Source: a virus
Taxonomy: Duplodnaviria; Caudoviricetes
DNA: 64,000 nt
Reading direction: 5' to 3' (one strand)
Virus record (IMG/VR): IMGVR_UViG_3300013902_000016
Location: 401-64,400 of that record
Numbering within the stretch: the stretch's first letter is position 1; each line of letters opens with the position of its first letter. Shown one piece after another: positions 46,774 to 56,840 of this stretch. The notes under the pieces were generated by a model. It worked only from the letters and a program-made list of their open reading frames with translations, did not search any database and was not told where the DNA came from. Made by a program: the position numbers and the translations under genes.

Positions 46774-46847
46774 GGCGAGTTAATTTAATGGCAAAATGCA
46801 CAACTTATAATTGTGTCTTGCTGGTTCAAATCCAGCACTTGCCACCA
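46774..46847 (+). tRNA. tRNA-Ile (anticodon TAT)
   Basis: Acceptor GGCGAGT/ACTTGCC, D-arm ATTT/AAAT, anticodon arm CACAA-CTTATAA-TTGTG, T-arm GCTGG-TTCAAAT-CCAGC, encoded CCA. Confidence 0.9.
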
Positions 46848-46850
46848 TAT

Positions 46851-46883
46851 AGACGTACCAATAAAACGGTACGTCTTTTTTTT
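46851..46883 (+). terminator. Terminator after tRNA
   Basis: agacgtacc/ggtacgtct followed by T tract. Confidence 0.7.
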
Positions 46884-46907
46884 ATTTTACGAAAAAGAGA
46901 GGATGCT

Positions 46908-49061
46908 ATGGACGATAACATGACGAGCAGTCTTGCACAGCAGGACGGGTTATTCGGCAGGGCGGCACCGGATATTAATATATCAGACTGGCTAATGCAG
47001 CAGGCAGAGCCGGAAGAAGAGCCTATATCGCTTGATAATCTCAAAGATGATGAGATAGATAAGATTATGGCAGCCGTGAAAAACGGTCGTGAAATAGCTA
47101 AAACGTACTACGAAGGTACGGTAGAGCCGGAGTTGATACGACGCCAACGGCTGAGAAGAGCTGATAGGCAGCTGTATAAGAGCAAATTCCCGAATCTCAC
47201 GGAATACAGCAAATTCGTATCAATGGATTTCAACAACACGGTCGAATGGATAAAGCCGTCATTGGTTGAGGTATTTATTGGCACAGAATCACCGGTAACT
47301 ATAGCCGGGGCTAATATCCAAAACGATGACAAAGCGACTAAAATGCAGCAGCTTATTGAGTATCAGCTGACGCGGAAAAACAGCTATACATCCATGGTGC
47401 ATGACGTGATAGACGACGCATTAAGCGAAAATATCGGTGTTTGCAAGGCGTGGTGGAAGCGAGAAGAAAAGCGTGATAGATACAAAATGATGTTTGATGT
47501 CAACGATATGCAAACAGCTATGATGCTCACACAGGCGTCAATGAGCGGCGAAATAGAGATACAGTCTATTAAGCCGCTGAAGGATGCGGCAGATTTGTAC
47601 GAAGTACAATTTGACCGGGTACAAGTCACGGCCAATTATCCGGTAGTCGAGTATGTCCCACCATCCGAATTGAGATATACGCCGGAGGGAAGCAATTTAC
47701 AAGAATGCAAGTTCGTTGCCCATCGAAAGATTGTTAAAGGTGATTATCTCAAGCGTAAAGAGCAGGAAGGGATATATCAGAATGTCGATGAAGCGTTGGA
47801 GCATACCGGTGATGCTAATTACACCGATGACGATGTATATCACAATGAGACACTCAATAAAGGGAAAATGAAGACGGACGACGGCGACGACGCAAGTAAA
47901 GACGTAGAGCTGTATGAATGCTATGTAGATGTTGATTACAACAACGACGGCATATACGAGCATTTGATTGTGCATTGCGTGGGTGATACGGCATTGTCGA
48001 TACAGACGAACGAATTTAATATCGCCCCGTTCTTCTCTATCCCAGGTATTCGTGATAGCCGCAAGATATTCTCTGACAGGTCGCTGGCTGAGGAAATAGA
48101 GGGGCTGCAAGATATAAAGACAGCTCTTGTAAAACAGCTGATTATCAACGTTGCTAAAACCAATGACCAACAGAAGTTTATAGATTATGAAAAAATTGCG
48201 GATGCTGACGCCATGCTATCTGGTGACGAATACGTGGCATGCAAGGGCGACCCCAACGCAGCTATATTCATACCGCCGCAGGCTCCCGTATCGCCGCTGA
48301 CTATGGATTTAATCAATTACGCTGAGACGGAAATACAGAACCGCAGCGGGAGCACGAAATATAATCAAGGGCTTGACGCAGATTCGTTAAACAAGACGGC
48401 GACGGGGATAACGGCAATAATGGGGGCTGCCGACAAGCGAATTAAGCTGATGGCACGGCTCATAGCGGAAAACTGGACAATTCCAATGGTGCGGTTTCTT
48501 ATTTTGCTCAATAAAAAGTACGGCGAACCAATACAGACGTTTAGATATAAAGACACAGAGGTATCTATCAGCAGCGACGAGCTAGATATAGACTATGACT
48601 TTGTTATCAACGTCGGCAATGGCGCAGGCACGAAAGAAGCACGCATACAGTCATATATGCTTTTGCTTACGAATGTATATCCGCTTCTTGCACAGGTTGG
48701 AGTAGCTACACCTAAATCCTACTATGCAGCTGGTACAGCATTGCTGGAAGAAATGGGATTGAAGAATACGCAAGAAATATTGCTTGACCCGGATAGCGAA
48801 GAAGCCAAGGCACAGCAGGCACAGCAGGCACAGCAGGCACAACAGCAGGCCATGGCTGTACAGCAAGCACAACAGCAGGCGCAAATGGCACTCAAACAGG
48901 CTGATATACAAGGCAAGATAGCGGTTAAAGCAACGCCGTCTATCAGTGCTGATATTAAAGAGCTGCCGATTGATGCACAGACGCAAATCATTAATAAGGC
49001 GACAGCAGGGACAACGACACCGCAGGACGTAGCGATGAAAGAGGTATTAAACCATGCATGA
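46908..49061 (+). CDS. Portal protein (P22-like)
   Basis: About 717 aa after terL; long Q/A-rich C-terminal helix; start moved to 46908 behind gagagga. Confidence 0.8.
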   Translation: MDDNMTSSLAQQDGLFGRAAPDINISDWLMQQAEPEEEPISLDNLKDDEIDKIMAAVKNGREIAKTYYEGTVEPELIRRQRLRRADRQLYKSKFPNLTEYSKFVSMDFNNTVEWIKPSLVEVFIGTESPVTIAGANIQNDDKATKMQQLIEYQLTRKNSYTSMVHDVIDDALSENIGVCKAWWKREEKRDRYKMMFDVNDMQTAMMLTQASMSGEIEIQSIKPLKDAADLYEVQFDRVQVTANYPVVEYVPPSELRYTPEGSNLQECKFVAHRKIVKGDYLKRKEQEGIYQNVDEALEHTGDANYTDDDVYHNETLNKGKMKTDDGDDASKDVELYECYVDVDYNNDGIYEHLIVHCVGDTALSIQTNEFNIAPFFSIPGIRDSRKIFSDRSLAEEIEGLQDIKTALVKQLIINVAKTNDQQKFIDYEKIADADAMLSGDEYVACKGDPNAAIFIPPQAPVSPLTMDLINYAETEIQNRSGSTKYNQGLDADSLNKTATGITAIMGAADKRIKLMARLIAENWTIPMVRFLILLNKKYGEPIQTFRYKDTEVSISSDELDIDYDFVINVGNGAGTKEARIQSYMLLLTNVYPLLAQVGVATPKSYYAAGTALLEEMGLKNTQEILLDPDSEEAKAQQAQQAQQAQQQAMAVQQAQQQAQMALKQADIQGKIAVKATPSISADIKELPIDAQTQIINKATAGTTTPQDVAMKEVLNHA

Positions 49062-49359
49062 GATAGAGCGATTAAGAGAAGAATACGAAAAAGACAGCAA
49101 GAATCAGAAAAAGCGGCAGCAGTATTTAGCAGCTATCATCAGCCGTGGTGATAGAGCTAAAGACCTGCTGTTTTTTATGTCTGAATTATTGCGCAGCGAA
49201 GAAAGAAACACATTAAGCAAGTTGCTTGATAATGACGACGCATACAAAGCACAGCTCGATTATCAAGCAACTGTTAAGTTATACAATTACATCAACACGA
49301 TTGTAAATATAGCAAATATGAAAAAGAAGAAAGCCGAGGGGAGTAAGACGAATGAGTGA
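49054..49359 (+). CDS. Small head protein
   Basis: Between portal and scaffold; overlapping junctions. Confidence 0.55.
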   Translation: MHEIERLREEYEKDSKNQKKRQQYLAAIISRGDRAKDLLFFMSELLRSEERNTLSKLLDNDDAYKAQLDYQATVKLYNYINTIVNIANMKKKKAEGSKTNE

Positions 49360-50497
49360 TTTCAAACTCGATTTACAGCTATTTGCTGACGAAGAACCTG
49401 GCACGACCACCGCCGAATCGATACCAGCACCGGATACAACGCAGACTACTACGCAAGAACCGACAACAACAGAGCCTGCAACTAATACAGAACCAGCGAA
49501 TACCAAACCGACAGCACCTAAAGATGGCGATATTATGCTGGTTACTGACCCAAGAACAGGGCGTAAAACGATTGTGACTAAAGAGCCTGAACAACCTGAA
49601 CAACCACCTGCACAGGAACCAGCAGAACAACAGTCTAAAGAGCCTGAGCAACCAGCGCAAGAACAACCACCTGCACAGGAACCGTTGATTCAGACTAGTG
49701 CATATACGCTTGATGAATTGAATGATGCTATTCGGCAGAACACGGTAAACGAAAGCCGTATTCCAGACGAATATAAATTCCAGTATCAGCAGTATAGACA
49801 ACAGCAGGCACAGCGGCAGGCACAGTATCAGGCGCAGCAAAAACAGATGCAGGAACAGGCGCAGAAAGCAGCAATGGAACAGCAACGGAAGCTGTATGCA
49901 GATATTGACGAAGCGGCAAAGAAAAAGGCTATGCAGGATTTAGGCATTACAGCTGATGACATTAGCCTGTCTGAATATTCCGACGATGAAGAAACAAAGA
50001 AAAAAATACAGGAATATACAACCGCCGTTGCATGGAACCGACAGACGCTTATTAATGCCATGCAGCAGCAGCAAATGCAGAAACAGACACAGCAAAGCCA
50101 GCAGCAGGCTATTTATAAAAGCATTACAGATTTTGCAGAAGATAAACAAAAAAATGAGCCGCATTTTGCTGAAATTAACCAGCTATTGAGTACGCACTAT
50201 CAAGAATTGCCGTATAAAGAAGCGGCAACTATTGCAAGTGCTATCAATGCATTAAACCAAGGTAACATCACAGAGCAGCAATGCAAAGTGTTGGAACAAT
50301 ATTATAACGATACCCGCACTTATTTTTACGGGAAACAAAACGACTTGACTAAACAGCCTAAAAAAATTCCAATCCCAAATGTAGAAAAGCCAGGTATGGG
50401 AGCGCAGACTAAACCGAAAGCCGTTGACTTTACCAAAATGCGGAGTATGGGCGACCGTGAACGCAGAGCGTTTATGAGCCGCTTTTTTAATAATTAG
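49352..50497 (+). CDS. Scaffolding protein
   Basis: DLQLFA start, P/E/Q-rich and coiled; precedes capsid. Confidence 0.7.
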   Translation: MSDFKLDLQLFADEEPGTTTAESIPAPDTTQTTTQEPTTTEPATNTEPANTKPTAPKDGDIMLVTDPRTGRKTIVTKEPEQPEQPPAQEPAEQQSKEPEQPAQEQPPAQEPLIQTSAYTLDELNDAIRQNTVNESRIPDEYKFQYQQYRQQQAQRQAQYQAQQKQMQEQAQKAAMEQQRKLYADIDEAAKKKAMQDLGITADDISLSEYSDDEETKKKIQEYTTAVAWNRQTLINAMQQQQMQKQTQQSQQQAIYKSITDFAEDKQKNEPHFAEINQLLSTHYQELPYKEAATIASAINALNQGNITEQQCKVLEQYYNDTRTYFYGKQNDLTKQPKKIPIPNVEKPGMGAQTKPKAVDFTKMRSMGDRERRAFMSRFFNN

Positions 50498-50518
50498 AAT
50501 AACAAGGAGATTTAATAT

Positions 50519-51736
50519 ATGGCAGACGTAACACGTAATCTTGGCCCGTCCAAGAACCAATCTTATACCTATGATGCTATCGGGCATGCAGAAGATGTTA
50601 GCCCGATTCTTACTAACATTGACCCCGAAGAAACACTCTTTTACAGCAAGTTTGGCACCACTAAACCTGCTACAGAATTACAGTTCACATGGATGACCAA
50701 AGGCTTGTCTCCGGCACAGGATAATGCTTATAAAGAAATGGAAAAATACTCTTTCCAGCCATCTGGATCTATTCAAGGCATGTCGAACAATATCCAGTTC
50801 TTTAAAAAGAGTGGAATGATTACAGATGCACAACAGAAAGTAGCTAAAATCTACAAAAACGAACACGGCAGTGAAATTGCCGATATGAAATACGACGCTT
50901 ATGTAGGTTTGGCTAAAGATATTGAATACATGCTTGTCAACAGCGAAACGAAAGTTGATGGTAGTTCAACCGTAGCACCTCGTAGCGGTGGTGTGCCGTT
51001 CTTTATGAAACGGGATTTAATTGACGTAACAGTGGATGCTTCGACTGGCGGTGGCGGCACTGGAGCAATTACAACTTCCACAGAATCCAACTTGAAAACA
51101 GGCGATATTGCTTACTTCATTGCCGATACAGTACCTACAGGACTTAAAGCAGGTTTGTACTACTATGTACGTGTAGATAGCAGCAACACAAAGAAACTCA
51201 CACTGTTTGATACTCAAAAAGGTGCCGTTGAAAATATCACTGCTTTGCAGGTTAAACCGACAACAGCAGGAACAAACGTAAAACTGGTTACTAACAACGT
51301 CGTATCTTTGAGTGGGAAAGCTACTTTTACACTTGATGATATTAATACGGCAATGGAAATGGCGTTCAAACGTGGTGGCAAACCGACCGAAGCCTATATG
51401 TCTAGCGGCAAATTCAATGAATTTAGTAAAATGGTACTGGCTACTATGACAGCTACCCGTAAAGGTACGGATAAAAACGCCAAAGTATACGAAGTAGCTA
51501 CATCGTATCAAGGGGCGTTTGGATTGGTTAATGCTAATATCCATCGTTTGTATCCTGATACACGTGTAGATATTCTTGATTTACAGTATTGGGACATGCG
51601 GTATTTCACAAAACCACATGAAGTAGCTGGCTTGGATAAAGACGGTTCGTATCAGAAATTCATGCTGGAAGCAGAACTCGGCTTACAGGGTACACAGCCT
51701 AAAGCTTCCTGCTCCATTGTAGATATTAAACGGTAG
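50519..51736 (+). CDS. Major capsid protein (DUF5309/SU10-like)
   Basis: IDPEETLFYS, NNIQFF, KDIEYML, ELGLQ motifs; strong RBS; followed by a terminator. Confidence 0.8.
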   Translation: MADVTRNLGPSKNQSYTYDAIGHAEDVSPILTNIDPEETLFYSKFGTTKPATELQFTWMTKGLSPAQDNAYKEMEKYSFQPSGSIQGMSNNIQFFKKSGMITDAQQKVAKIYKNEHGSEIADMKYDAYVGLAKDIEYMLVNSETKVDGSSTVAPRSGGVPFFMKRDLIDVTVDASTGGGGTGAITTSTESNLKTGDIAYFIADTVPTGLKAGLYYYVRVDSSNTKKLTLFDTQKGAVENITALQVKPTTAGTNVKLVTNNVVSLSGKATFTLDDINTAMEMAFKRGGKPTEAYMSSGKFNEFSKMVLATMTATRKGTDKNAKVYEVATSYQGAFGLVNANIHRLYPDTRVDILDLQYWDMRYFTKPHEVAGLDKDGSYQKFMLEAELGLQGTQPKASCSIVDIKR

Positions 51737-51747
51737 TATATTTTATG

Positions 51748-51776
51748 AGCGGGATGCAGAAAGTGTCCCGCTTTTT
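51748..51776 (+). terminator. Terminator after capsid gene
   Basis: agcggga/tcccgct followed by T tract. Confidence 0.7.
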
Positions 51777-51795
51777 CTGTTAAGGAAGTGAAACG

Positions 51796-52131
51796 ATGAT
51801 TACTCAACAGAAACTATATCAAGACGGCGATAAGATATGCCTTAGAAACACTATCGACGTAAAACCATATATTGATGCGGCACGACAGGTCAATGAAATG
51901 GATAATGGCGGATGGTTTGGCGATAAGAATGAACGCATGCAGCTAATGGGATATATCCCGCCTGAGCTATGGACGGTTGACCCTTGGTTAATCAGCGCAC
52001 GGAATGCACAGCGAGAGGGCGACATGCTGCATTATCAGCATTACATCAAGAAATTCTTTGATGTATGGACGCAGTTTAAAGTCAATCATAAACGTACTAC
52101 ATGGAATGGATATTCGGCGGTGCTGCTATGA
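51796..52131 (+). CDS. Hypothetical head-associated protein
   Basis: Position after MCP. Confidence 0.55.
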   Translation: MITQQKLYQDGDKICLRNTIDVKPYIDAARQVNEMDNGGWFGDKNERMQLMGYIPPELWTVDPWLISARNAQREGDMLHYQHYIKKFFDVWTQFKVNHKRTTWNGYSAVLL

Positions 52132-52751
52132 TACAGGTTAAAGAATTAATTAATCTTATACGCTACAAGCTGAAAGACAATAACGCTATCACATACAGTG
52201 ACTACGATATTATGCAGGGCATTAATGAATGTATACGATACATTAACCAGTACTATTTGAACACTGATTTTCTTGAGAAGATTAAGCACTATAGACAGGA
52301 TGAGATAAACAATGCCATTGATGAAGCTAATAAGACGAACGATACCGCCGTAGAGCACGTTTATTTTAGAGATACAGGCGTTGACCTGCCAGACGATTTT
52401 ATTTCATTAGTGCGGATAGTACGGCAGTGGGATGGTAAGGATTTAGCACCATGCCCTGCTATTAAACCGCCTAGATTTGATGAATACAAGGTACTAGGAA
52501 ATAAGATCTATGTCGGCGTTAAGGATTTTGACATGCTGTATGTAGCGGCTATAGCAAGTGTTACTGACGTAAGTGGAAGTATAGAACTGCCGGTAACATT
52601 TAAAGACGCACTTGTTAAAATCACAAACATGATATTAGCCAATAATCCAGATACAGACACAATGAATAGTGCGGTACAGGATATATTGGCGTCTATTGTT
52701 CCATTACGCAGGTACAGCAATGCTAAAAAACGCATGCCGTTTATTTGTTAG
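52128..52751 (+). CDS. Head-tail adaptor candidate (P22 gp4-like)
   Basis: LINLIRYKLKD...YSDYDIMQGINE pattern. Confidence 0.55.
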   Translation: MIQVKELINLIRYKLKDNNAITYSDYDIMQGINECIRYINQYYLNTDFLEKIKHYRQDEINNAIDEANKTNDTAVEHVYFRDTGVDLPDDFISLVRIVRQWDGKDLAPCPAIKPPRFDEYKVLGNKIYVGVKDFDMLYVAAIASVTDVSGSIELPVTFKDALVKITNMILANNPDTDTMNSAVQDILASIVPLRRYSNAKKRMPFIC

Positions 52752-52762
52752 GTGGTGATACC

Positions 52763-53230
52763 GTGAAAGTAGAAAAAGCAGTCGCACGAATCAAACAGGA
52801 AACGCATGACATTAGCGATGAATACTCAACAGAGCGATGCATACAATTTTTAAATACAGCTATTCAACAGGTATCTTCCTTATTGATAGCGGCTAAATAC
52901 CCCGTTCTGACAAAGGAAACGACAATACGTAACGGTGATAGCATCCCGAAGAATTATATGAATCTATGCGGAACTTACCCTATCAAAATGACGGATGGGC
53001 AAGCTATTATTACAGATGATACCTATCAATCAATTACTATTCGATATTTTGCCACCCCTGATTTGATAGAGGACGAAACTGAGGATATGCCATATACGCA
53101 TGATGCTATTAACGATATTATTGTAAAAACTGCCGTGTTATTGGCACTCAATGAAAACGAATACGATATTACACAGGATAATAGCATTGTAGAAGCCTTG
53201 AAACAGGCGGTATCTTCTGGAATGAGTTGA
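52763..53230 (+). CDS. Second adaptor-like protein
   Basis: GTG start; N-terminus similar to the previous gene (YS.E..IQ.LN). Confidence 0.5.
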   Translation: MKVEKAVARIKQETHDISDEYSTERCIQFLNTAIQQVSSLLIAAKYPVLTKETTIRNGDSIPKNYMNLCGTYPIKMTDGQAIITDDTYQSITIRYFATPDLIEDETEDMPYTHDAINDIIVKTAVLLALNENEYDITQDNSIVEALKQAVSSGMS

Positions 53231-53234
53231 TAAT

Positions 53235-55016
53235 ATGGCAGAAGATAATAACACCACCAACAAAAACAAGCAGATACTTTATATGCCGGAAATACCGACA
53301 ACTGTAAAAGGTGATGGACGATATGTATTATCACTTTTGCGTAAATATCTTAAATCAGTCAATGAGCAGGTCAATATTGCCAATGGCTTTACGCAAGATG
53401 ATATAGAAGAAAACCAAAAAGGCGACTTTCCAAGACCGAAAAACTTTACGCTTACATTTGACAGAATGGGTGGCGTTTTAAATTGGGATGCGGTTGACAG
53501 TGATAAGTTGGCATATTACGAGTTGCGCACAAATGACTCGGTGGGAACTGTTACAGGTTTGTTGGAAAAAACAACTGCCACGTCATCTATCAAACTTCCG
53601 CCAACAGCGAGCGGGAAAGTATATTTATATGCAGTAAGCACAGAAGGAAAAGTGTCTAATCCAAATACGCTTACATATAATAAACGGCGCCCTGATGCAC
53701 CAAGGGACATATCCCTCACAAAGAATAACGAAGGAACACTGATAACATTTCTCGAAATCCCGACCAATTGTATTGGTGCCAACATTTATATAGACGGTAC
53801 AAAATACGAATCGCTAGACAATCTGTATTTGTACCCTGATAAAAGTATTACAGAAGTAGCCGTAGCCTATTTTGACCAATTTGGTGAAGGAGAGATGGCG
53901 AAATTCTCGTGTGTTGTGCCCAATGTTACTGGCTTTTATGTGGAAAAAAACGATGCCAATTTATATTTTTATTGGGACTCCGTATCAGTATATAACGTCA
54001 CTTATATAGTAAAAATGGGCGTGACAAACCAATGGGAAGAGGGCGTTGAAATATTCAGATCCAAGACAAATAAACATCGTTATATCAGACCAAACCAAGG
54101 TGCAACGTATTTTATGATAAAGGCAGTAGATGACCACAATAATTATTCAGCAGATATAGCGTGGTTTTATTTAAATACAACACTCGAAATTAATAAAAAT
54201 ATCGTTCTTAATTTTGACCAAGAAACGGTTGGGTATAATGGTACCAAAATTAACTTTTATTATGATAGCAAAAGGCATGGGATTAAAACTGAAGATAATA
54301 CTTTTTATGGTGAATATCTTATGCACTTGCAGTTACCACAAAAAATAAAAGCACGTAACTGGATAGATGACAAAATTAACGGCTTAACGGATAACAATTT
54401 GCGCGTTATGGATTTGACATTCCCGCTTAATGGTATTGAGGCAGAACGCTTTTATCTAAATGGTATTATTGGGGATTTAACTAATGTGACACTGAAAAAA
54501 CAAATAGCACGTTATACTGGTGAAAACAGCGATATTTTTAACGCTATTGTTGATGGGACAACTGCTACAAAAAACGGCAAAGTGTTAACCGAACATAAAG
54601 TGTCTTTAGATTACACAAGATTTGACAAAGGGGCGTTAATTACAGATACCACTAGGCTAGAATATTCGTGTGATATTCCAAAAACATATTCCTTGTTTTT
54701 TTGGATGAAGAAAACGCAACTATTAAATGATTGCATTATTATGTCCCTTGCTTCAACAAAAACTAATAACAGAGTACAGATTGGCTATGATAATCAAAAT
54801 AACAGATTTTATGTTAATGACACTGCTCAAAGAAAAGAATTGTACATACAAATCACAACAAGTGATAGGGATTGGCTGTTTATTGGGTTATCACAATCAT
54901 CTGATACACGGACGTTTTTTATAAACGAATTAAATTATAACAATACACAATGTGTACAAGACTCTATTCCGCCATGTGGAACGTTTGATAATTTATATTT
55001 AAACCCAAAGGAGTGA
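53235..55016 (+). CDS. Tail protein with FN3-like repeats and C-terminal lectin-like region
   Basis: P.P.N...W..V...YELR repeats; beta-rich. Confidence 0.55.
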   Translation: MAEDNNTTNKNKQILYMPEIPTTVKGDGRYVLSLLRKYLKSVNEQVNIANGFTQDDIEENQKGDFPRPKNFTLTFDRMGGVLNWDAVDSDKLAYYELRTNDSVGTVTGLLEKTTATSSIKLPPTASGKVYLYAVSTEGKVSNPNTLTYNKRRPDAPRDISLTKNNEGTLITFLEIPTNCIGANIYIDGTKYESLDNLYLYPDKSITEVAVAYFDQFGEGEMAKFSCVVPNVTGFYVEKNDANLYFYWDSVSVYNVTYIVKMGVTNQWEEGVEIFRSKTNKHRYIRPNQGATYFMIKAVDDHNNYSADIAWFYLNTTLEINKNIVLNFDQETVGYNGTKINFYYDSKRHGIKTEDNTFYGEYLMHLQLPQKIKARNWIDDKINGLTDNNLRVMDLTFPLNGIEAERFYLNGIIGDLTNVTLKKQIARYTGENSDIFNAIVDGTTATKNGKVLTEHKVSLDYTRFDKGALITDTTRLEYSCDIPKTYSLFFWMKKTQLLNDCIIMSLASTKTNNRVQIGYDNQNNRFYVNDTAQRKELYIQITTSDRDWLFIGLSQSSDTRTFFINELNYNNTQCVQDSIPPCGTFDNLYLNPKE

Positions 55017-55020
55017 TAAG

Positions 55021-55467
55021 ATGGACACTAAGGATACTGTAAAATTAAAGGGTGCTATCATCCTGACAGTAAAACATAAAAATGGAAGTGTGGAAACACG
55101 ACGTAAAGATAACTTGATTTTATCCAGTGGTTTTGATTTTGTTTGTGATGCTATTGCCAATCCAACACGCCCAGCGGCAATGAGATTTACTGCTGTTGGC
55201 ACAGGAACCACGGCGGTAGGGGCGTCACAAACGGCGTTAGTTACGGAGTTGGCGAGAAAAGCAGCAACGTATTCCCACAGGGCAAATAGCAAAGTATTTA
55301 CATTAACAACAACATTTAATGCGGGAGAAGCTACTGGAGCAATCACAGAAGCAGGCATTTGCAATGCATCTAGTGCCGGTAATTTTTTAGATCGAGTCAC
55401 GTTTGACGTAATTAATAAAGCGGCAGACGATACAATGACCACAACATTCCAATTCACGCTTTCTTAA
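55021..55467 (+). CDS. Tail/baseplate-like protein
   Basis: AVGTGTTA..ASQTAL..ELARK...GEATGAITEAG motif. Confidence 0.6.
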   Translation: MDTKDTVKLKGAIILTVKHKNGSVETRRKDNLILSSGFDFVCDAIANPTRPAAMRFTAVGTGTTAVGASQTALVTELARKAATYSHRANSKVFTLTTTFNAGEATGAITEAGICNASSAGNFLDRVTFDVINKAADDTMTTTFQFTLS

Positions 55468-55468
55468 A

Positions 55469-56836
55469 ATGGAATTACAAAAGTCGGTAAAACCATACAA
55501 GCTAAACGAAGTAAATTTTCCGTTATCTGATGATAGAAACAAAAAGTTGTTACAAGAATATGGAATACGCACGTATAATGCATTAATAACAGAAACCATA
55601 TCTTTTAAAGAATTATATCGTTTGGCATATAATGTGGTTAAATTTGAGAAAATTCTTTTGAGTGATAAAGCAACATTATCAATAGGTAAAAATATATTTG
55701 ATTTTTTTGTTATAAAAGAAGCGTATTCTCGAAGACTACAAAGTATATTAAAATTTCTTGAAAATATAAAAATTGCAGAAAAGCCGATAAAAAAATATTC
55801 TCGTCTTACAAAAGAAAATGTTGCGATGCGTGATTTCGTACAAAGGCGCATCGGCCTTAATAAAGAGGAATTGATTCACATAATTAGTGTGTATTGGGAT
55901 AACATACTTTTCTTTTTGCATGTAATCGAAAACATAGAAATAGGGGAATTGATAAAGAAAGAACCTCATATAAAGATGTTTGGATCTTCAATAAAACTTA
56001 GTGATTCTGTAAGGAAAAATATACAGTCATTAAAAAAAGAAAACCTATCTTTAATAGAAAAATACAATAAAAAATGGAATGTATTGCCGACGTTTCGAGA
56101 AACAGTAACTATAAACGATAAGGCAATAAATAACACAAGCAAAAAAATAAGCGAATACCTAACAATGGTAGATAAGAAGTCAATCCACGCAACAGCCACA
56201 TTTTATGAACAACTTATTGCCAAAGATGCGTTTGACAGAAGAGTATTGTTTATACGTAAACTGAATAATGCGTTACATCTTCAAGATTTATCTAAAAAAA
56301 ACACATCAAAATACATCAATGAAGACGACATAATAAATATATACGATAAATATGTGCGGGCTAGTAACGCATATATAGAAGCAGTTCGAGTTATGTCTGA
56401 AGCTGGAGACCAAAAATGGTTTGAGTCCATGAAAGACTCTATGTGTAATTATGAGAGTTTTTCTGATTTCTATGTTGGTGATTATGAGTATAAAAAAGCA
56501 TGTATACGACTCGTGATGACATCCGATTTAACTGATTCAGCACCTACTATATATGACGTAGCAGCAAATGTTGACATTGATGATACCGACGATAGGGGAA
56601 CAGCGAAAATAACCGACACAACAAACCCCACAAAGATTTATTATAACAAGCATTATTATAATGCCCCCGAAGTACAGGTATCTGTAAACAGTGGCACAGG
56701 GAGTCAAACCGTAACGCCGTATATATTACGTACTGATGGGATGGATAACGATAAACGCTATTTTGAAGTGGAATTGCGAAACGATTCTAACGAAAGAGTA
56801 GCTGGATATATTTCATGGGTATCTAAAGGATGGTGA
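55469..56836 (+). CDS. Tail protein
   Basis: 455 aa in tail operon; C-terminal YYNAPEVQV...WVSKGW. Confidence 0.5.
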   Translation: MELQKSVKPYKLNEVNFPLSDDRNKKLLQEYGIRTYNALITETISFKELYRLAYNVVKFEKILLSDKATLSIGKNIFDFFVIKEAYSRRLQSILKFLENIKIAEKPIKKYSRLTKENVAMRDFVQRRIGLNKEELIHIISVYWDNILFFLHVIENIEIGELIKKEPHIKMFGSSIKLSDSVRKNIQSLKKENLSLIEKYNKKWNVLPTFRETVTINDKAINNTSKKISEYLTMVDKKSIHATATFYEQLIAKDAFDRRVLFIRKLNNALHLQDLSKKNTSKYINEDDIINIYDKYVRASNAYIEAVRVMSEAGDQKWFESMKDSMCNYESFSDFYVGDYEYKKACIRLVMTSDLTDSAPTIYDVAANVDIDDTDDRGTAKITDTTNPTKIYYNKHYYNAPEVQVSVNSGTGSQTVTPYILRTDGMDNDKRYFEVELRNDSNERVAGYISWVSKGW

Positions 56837-56840
56837 TATA

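Noticed and set aside
46788-46907. ORF-track start of the portal at 46788
   Set aside because: Overlaps the tRNA and terminator; RBS supports ATG 46908
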